Below the pieces are notes generated by a model. It was not told the origin of the DNA. It saw only the letters and a list, made by a program, of their open reading frames with translations, and searched no databases. From contig OX597841.1 of the NCBI GenBank assembly GCA_951406725.2, forward strand, positions 496,001 to 560,000: a stretch of 64,000 nucleotides of DNA, written 5' to 3'. Shown piece after piece: positions 57,769 to 64,000 of this stretch; position 1 is the stretch's first letter, and each line of letters starts with the position of its first letter. The position numbers and the translations under genes were made by a program. Origin of the DNA: Octopus vulgaris (taxonomy: Eukaryota).

Positions 57769-58496
57769 CCACACATACATATACACACAAATATATACAT
57801 ACACACACATACACATACACACATACACACACATATATACATACACATGCACACACACACACATATCACATATATACATATATATATATATATATATACA
57901 TATGTGTACCTATACATACCTACACATACACACATATACATACACATACAAACCCATTCCCTTATTTTAATTTTATTATTATTTTCATTTATTACTTTTG
58001 TTATCTTTGACCGCGGTCACAAGCATCTTGGCTATCGTCCCCCTGGGGACGACAGCAAGTCCATTAATCTTTCTACTCGAACACAAGCACTCACTCACGC
58101 ACGCACACTCATTCGCACGCACACTCACTCATTCGTACACTCATACACATACACGCACGCACGCGTTATATTCATACATACATACATCTACATACATTCA
58201 CATATATACACATACGTACGCGTACCTACAGATTCATGTCTACACGCTTACACATACATACCTCAATACACCCACAGAAGACTAGTCCATACATATACAC
58301 CAATAAATATATATACACATATACATATACACCTACATACAAATACATACACATACACATATATATATATATACGTATATATACATACATATACATACAC
58401 CCCATACATACATACATATATACACATACACACACCCACACATATACATATACATACATATACACGCATACATACACATACATATACATATATATA

Positions 58497-58540
<44 letters not shown>

Positions 58541-58870
58541 CACACATACATATATATATATACATACACACACAAACACATATACATGCGTACACATACA
58601 CACACACACACGAGCGCATCCATATATACACATAAGTACACACATGCGTAAAATTATACATATATCTATACATATGCTTACACATACACACACACACACG
58701 CGCCTCCTTATGTTCATATACTTACATGCATACTCAAAAAATAAATAATAAAATATATATACGTGCAGTTATTCATATACATACATGCATACTCAAAAAA
58801 TAAATAATAAATATTAAGTATATATACGTGCAGTTACCTATTATACAGACGGATACATACATATAAACTT

Positions 58871-58914
<44 letters not shown>

Positions 58915-59044
58915 ATTTACACATATGTACATATACATACATACATACATAACTCTACGTACCTACATATACATAAACACACGAGCGTACACGTATATGT
59001 ACATATACACATACACATACATATACATATACATATATATACAT

Positions 59045-59083
<39 letters not shown>

Positions 59084-59180
59084 CATACACACACATACAC
59101 ATACACACATATATATATATATATATACATACATATACACACATACACACACACATATATATATACATATACACACATAC

Positions 59181-59226
<46 letters not shown>

Positions 59227-59290
59227 GTGTGTATACATACATACATACTCATACACACACACACTTACACATATATATATACACACACTT

Positions 59291-59329
<39 letters not shown>

Positions 59330-59461
59330 TATACACACACATTCACATATATATATATATATACACACATACACATACACACATACATATATACATACAT
59401 ATACACACATGCACACACACACACACACATATATATACATACATACACACACATATACATA

Positions 59462-59493
<32 letters not shown>

Positions 59494-59782
59494 CACATGT
59501 GTGTATACATACATACATACTCATACACACACACATACACATACACACATATATATACACGTATATACACATAAGTACATACATGCATAAATGTATACAT
59601 ATTTCTATACAAGTGCGTACACATACATACACTCACGCGCCACCTTATATACATAAATACATACATGCATACAAACGCATACTCAAGTAATAAATAATAA
59701 GTAATAAGTAATAAATAATAAGTATATATACATGCAGTTACCCTTTATACAGACGGAAACATTCATATAAACATACACACAC

Positions 59783-59843
<61 letters not shown>

Positions 59844-59854
59844 TATACATACAC

Positions 59855-59885
<31 letters not shown>

Positions 59886-59976
59886 TATATACATATACAT
59901 ATATACACCTATCTACACATATGCACATATACACACATACATGCACATACGTATAACTCTACATACCTACATATAC

Positions 59977-60021
<45 letters not shown>

Positions 60022-60106
60022 CATCTACACATCTGTATATACACACACATACATGCACATACACATAACTCTACATACCTACATATACATCGACATACTA
60101 GCGTAC

Positions 60107-60148
<42 letters not shown>

Positions 60149-60151
60149 CAC

Positions 60152-60195
<44 letters not shown>

Positions 60196-60217
60196 CATAT
60201 ATATATATAACACACAC

Positions 60218-60248
<31 letters not shown>

Positions 60249-60520
60249 CATATATATACACACACACACACATATATATATATAAATATATATATCACAA
60301 TTGAGGGTAAAGTTAATTAGTTATTAATCAATTTCACCAAGTATTCAGTATGTAAAAGGACCATTATTTTTGAGTAAACATTATCTGAGAGAAATTTTCT
60401 TTAAGTAGTGGAAATGGCTAAAAAACTTTTTGGCTGCTATTTCTAGAAAGTTCAGTATGTGGCAAAGTAATTTATTTTACTAAGCCCTAATTATATAATA
60501 TTTTATATATATATATACAT

Positions 60521-60564
<44 letters not shown>

Positions 60565-60602
60565 GCATACATACATATATACATATATACATATATACAC
60601 AC

Positions 60603-60633
<31 letters not shown>

Positions 60634-62325
60634 CATACATACACACACACACATAATACATGCGTATATTCCTACTATACCCATACATTTCTATACATAT
60701 ATACGATACACATATACAAGCGTACACATACAATATGTGAAAGGTCTTAGGAGAAAAGGTAATCGGGGGTGCTAGGGGAACGGTGGGATTGGGGGGGTTG
60801 TGGGGGGGTGTCGTCAATCTAGTTGCCGGGTAGGTCTATAGTTCTTGTAGTTTGCATAAATCTTATGCATGCAATTTGGGGAGTGTTCTGAGATCTTGTT
60901 AAGGAGAGGGCCTTTGGCGAACAAGATCTCTAGGCTCTCCGAAATACTACTTCTGTAGTAGTTTCCACTTGGTCTTGAAGGGGATGGAGTTCCTTTTAAG
61001 GTACCAGATGTGGGCGGCGAGGGTAGTTTGATTGGATTTATCCGGTCGCCGAAACGAGTGTGTGTGGGCGTCAGAGCGGGTCTTAAAGCTGTTTGACGTC
61101 ATTCCGATGTAGGATTTTCTTTTATCATCAGGGCCTGATCTTACCTCGCATGTATATACGAGGTCCCTCTGTAGGCAGTTGTTGTTGAGGGGCAAGTGGT
61201 TTTATCAGGGCAGTTGCAATTGCTATCGGATGTTGGATGGGCCTCGGAAAAAGTAGATATATTAAGTTTTTTCACATTGTTGTTGGCTAGGTTCCTGGCT
61301 AGATTGGGCGTGGTAGAGTAGGAGAGTCTAATGGTGTTCTTATTTAGGATAGTATAGTACTTATGTTGGGTGGGGAAGTGTTTCTGTAGGAGAGTGAAGA
61401 AGATTTTAGCTACAGGTGTAGCGACCTCACGGTTGAAGGGGGGTTGTACCAGCTAATGTGTCTTCGTCTATTTTTCCTGGGTTGGCGTGGGGCTATACTA
61501 GTATAGGTAATCTTATCTTTAAAGCCACTGCGGGCCAGGGCCTCGTTGTAATAGGGGGCTGCGGCCTTAAATATATCTTCCGTGGCGGACAGGCTAGAAA
61601 TTCTAATTGAGACACTTTTTACTAGGTTGTCTAATACATTTTTGGGGTGGTTGGAATTAATGTCTATATATCTAAGGGATTCATTTGGTTTGTGGTACGG
61701 GTAATAAAGTGAGGTTTTTAAGTCGAGGGTAACGTCAAGGAAGTTAGCTTTTGGTTAAGTTGGATTCTAAGGTAATCCTAAGGCCTAAGTTTTTAAAGAA
61801 GGTGTAAAGATTTTTCCGGAACCCATCCGTGGTCCTGGGGTTTATTTTGTGGAGGGCACAAAGGCCGTCATCGCGGTAAAGACCACCGGAGAGGCCTGTG
61901 AATAGGGTCTTCAGCCTATGGAGGATGAAAAGGCCCACTAGGTCACTTATTTCAGCCGAGTCGCTAGCACCCATGCTGACGTCGAAGGGGGTCACAGATT
62001 TTTTGTTGATCCAGTGGGATCCGTCGTGGAAAAGAAAAGTCTTACGTGCGTGGAGGATCACATCTTGCTCGGCCTCGGTGATGGTGGAGGACCTCCTAGC
62101 GAAGTTAATCGCGTCGATCAGCAAGCTCTCCGATATGGAGGCGTAGTAATCCTCGATATCCAGTTGTAGGAATATACACATATGTATATATATGTATATA
62201 TATATGTGTATATATGGACATTTGTGTGCATGTGTGTATGTATATATGTGTGTGTATGTGTGTATGTGTATGTGTGTGTATGTATATATTTGTGTGTATA
62301 TGTATGTGTGGGCGTGTGTGTATAT

Positions 62326-62400
<75 letters not shown>

Positions 62401-62750
62401 TGTATATGTATGTGTGTGTATGTATATATGTGTGTGTGTGTGTATATATATACATATGTGTATATGTATAAGTGAGAACCTCCTTATTTACCTAAAACTC
62501 TATTCTTCTATTTATTTTTTTATTCTTTTATTTATTCTTTTATCTAATTTACCACTGACTCCTTGACCACTCCCCTAAGTATGATATTTTTGCGCTATGC
62601 CTCCCCCCAAAAAGTCCCCCACCCCCACCCCTTTAAACCTGCCTAAATGTATAAATGCCAAAACTATTCTTGTTAACTAGCTTCCTGATGATTTCTCTTG
62701 AATGAAACAGTTCTAGTCCTGTAGAAGCTCCTTCTATATAATAAATTAAT
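57329..62750 (-). mobile_element. Penelope-like element (Naiad-like) with microsatellite-rich 3' region and inverted terminal repeats
   Basis: RT motifs LDIEDYYASI, FDVSMGASDSAEISDLVG, GLYRDDGL (62168->61500). GIY-YIG CNC..CP..CL..VY..YIGMT (61230->60815). Inverted arms about 57329-57915 / 62168-62750. Nested in the (TA)n of a SINE that is split into 56720-56985 and 62815-63022. Confidence 0.85.
62679..62729 (+). ncRNA. Type I hammerhead ribozyme motif in Penelope pLTR (inverted copy 57349-57399, minus)
   Basis: AGCTTC-CTGATGA-TTTCtcttGAAT-GAA-ACAGttctagtcCTGT-A-GAAGCT: intact core, paired stems I and III, GUA cleavage triplet. Confidence 0.75.
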
Positions 62751-62812
62751 TTTACTCTGCTATGTATTGAGTACCTTATTTACTGTGGTTAACCCCGAAT
62801 AAACCCGGGACC

Positions 62813-62859
<47 letters not shown>

Positions 62860-64000
62860 GACAGGCTTCTTTCAGTTTCCGTCTACCAAATCCACTCTCA
62901 AGGATTTGGTCTGCCCGAAGCAAAAGTAGAAGATACTTGCCCAAGGTGCCACGCAGTGGGACTGAACCCGGGACCATGTGGTTGGTTAGCAAGCTACTTA
63001 CCACACAGCCACTCCTGCGCCTAGATGATATAAACGTGCATGTATATACATGAAGAGGGTATCTTGAAAAAGTCGAATGGGGAAACGTTAAGCGTTGTAA
63101 CCCTAGATATATTAACCTGAATATGAATGTGGTGGTCACGTTTGGTATGTCTTTTATTAGTGGTCTTCGGTACCAAGGATCACTTGACACTAAACAACAT
63201 CAACAGTCAAAAGCTGAATAACACAGAAGATCTGCTATTGACATAAATACATGTCACGTAATGTATAAGATATAAACGTATACTGTACAAGTTATAATGC
63301 AATATCTGGGCATATTTAAGTTTGGAATGAAGTAAGAGTGAAGGGTCTCGAAATCCCACGATCTGTACCTATGGCTTGGAGTATGATATCCCTAAAAAGA
63401 GATAGATTTCATAGCAATAGCTATGACGTCAGAAGATAAAATGATCTGTGATACAACAAATAAATAATATAGGGTCTCCCTCATATACAGAATATGTAAT
63501 AGACGGTACGAATGTTTTATGAAAAAAGTATCACAGATGGGAATCTGATGGGATATTATAGATGAAGTAAATTAATATTAAACGGGGTTGAATTAAATAA
63601 ATTACTGTAGTAAATATCAGTAAGCACCCCCTGGAAATAAGTGATAGTTCATAATAATCTCAACTACACACTAATATATTAACTTGACTGGTGAGAAAGC
63701 AAGAAAAATGATTGTCAATTAAAGACATCACCGATAATCTGATGGAGAAAGATAGCCTTTGCTAAAATTACAATGGACAGAGGCCTCCATGTTTCAGGTG
63801 ACAGGTAGAGTATGAATTTTAAGGGAAATATGTATAATAACATGAAATAAGGATGAAATAAATCGCTTAGGATATTACATCCTAGGGCTAAATAATTTGA
63901 TTTTAACTGTAAAAACGTGTGTTGGATACAACATTGTAAAATAAATAGAAACAAAGCAAGAATAGACATGACGACAAAATCAAATGAAAAAGAAATGAAT

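Noticed and set aside
57512-60817. Many long YI/HT/CV-repeat ORFs (also 858-1262, 21653-22035, 32215-34380)
   Set aside because: Dinucleotide microsatellites lack stop codons; no coding signal.
60815-61240. Selenocysteine (TGA) recoding, as reported for some Naiad PLEs
   Set aside because: The conserved Cys positions read here and in the 53-kb element use TGY codons; the breaks are ordinary frameshifts or deletions.

Overview
AT-rich, microsatellite-laden eukaryotic DNA. The tRNA-derived SINE families point to an octopus (cephalopod) genome; this is inferred from recalled repeat families, not from a search. Almost all long ORFs in the track are microsatellite artefacts. The real content is a cluster of a spliced, secreted-protein gene family that the ORF track shows only in fragments. 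Two complete copies, each with five coding exons, were reconstructed by hand from GT-AG boundaries with consistent phases: copy A (minus, 20247->9191, 282 aa) and copy B (plus, 35559->48025, 285 aa). They lie head-to-head as arms of a large inverted duplication (about 5.3-23.5 kb vs 27.7-64 kb). A direct duplication (1-7.1 kb vs 20.9-27.9 kb) and the right end of the window imply further copies on both sides. The protein is a signal peptide, a PAN/apple-like Cys domain, and a C-terminal domain that may be a remote fibrinogen-related fold. A and B differ at about 35 amino acids with only 2 synonymous-only codon changes. Exon 4 is about 15% divergent versus about 5% for the adjacent intron, which suggests diversifying selection. 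Introns and flanks carry four Penelope-like elements, several hammerhead-ribozyme motifs, a Dong/R4-type LINE fragment and a 555-bp element nested in (TAA)n, an ORF1-only (HAL1-like) retroelement with a 15-bp TSD, a long-TIR MITE with an 8-bp TSD, and many SINEs.
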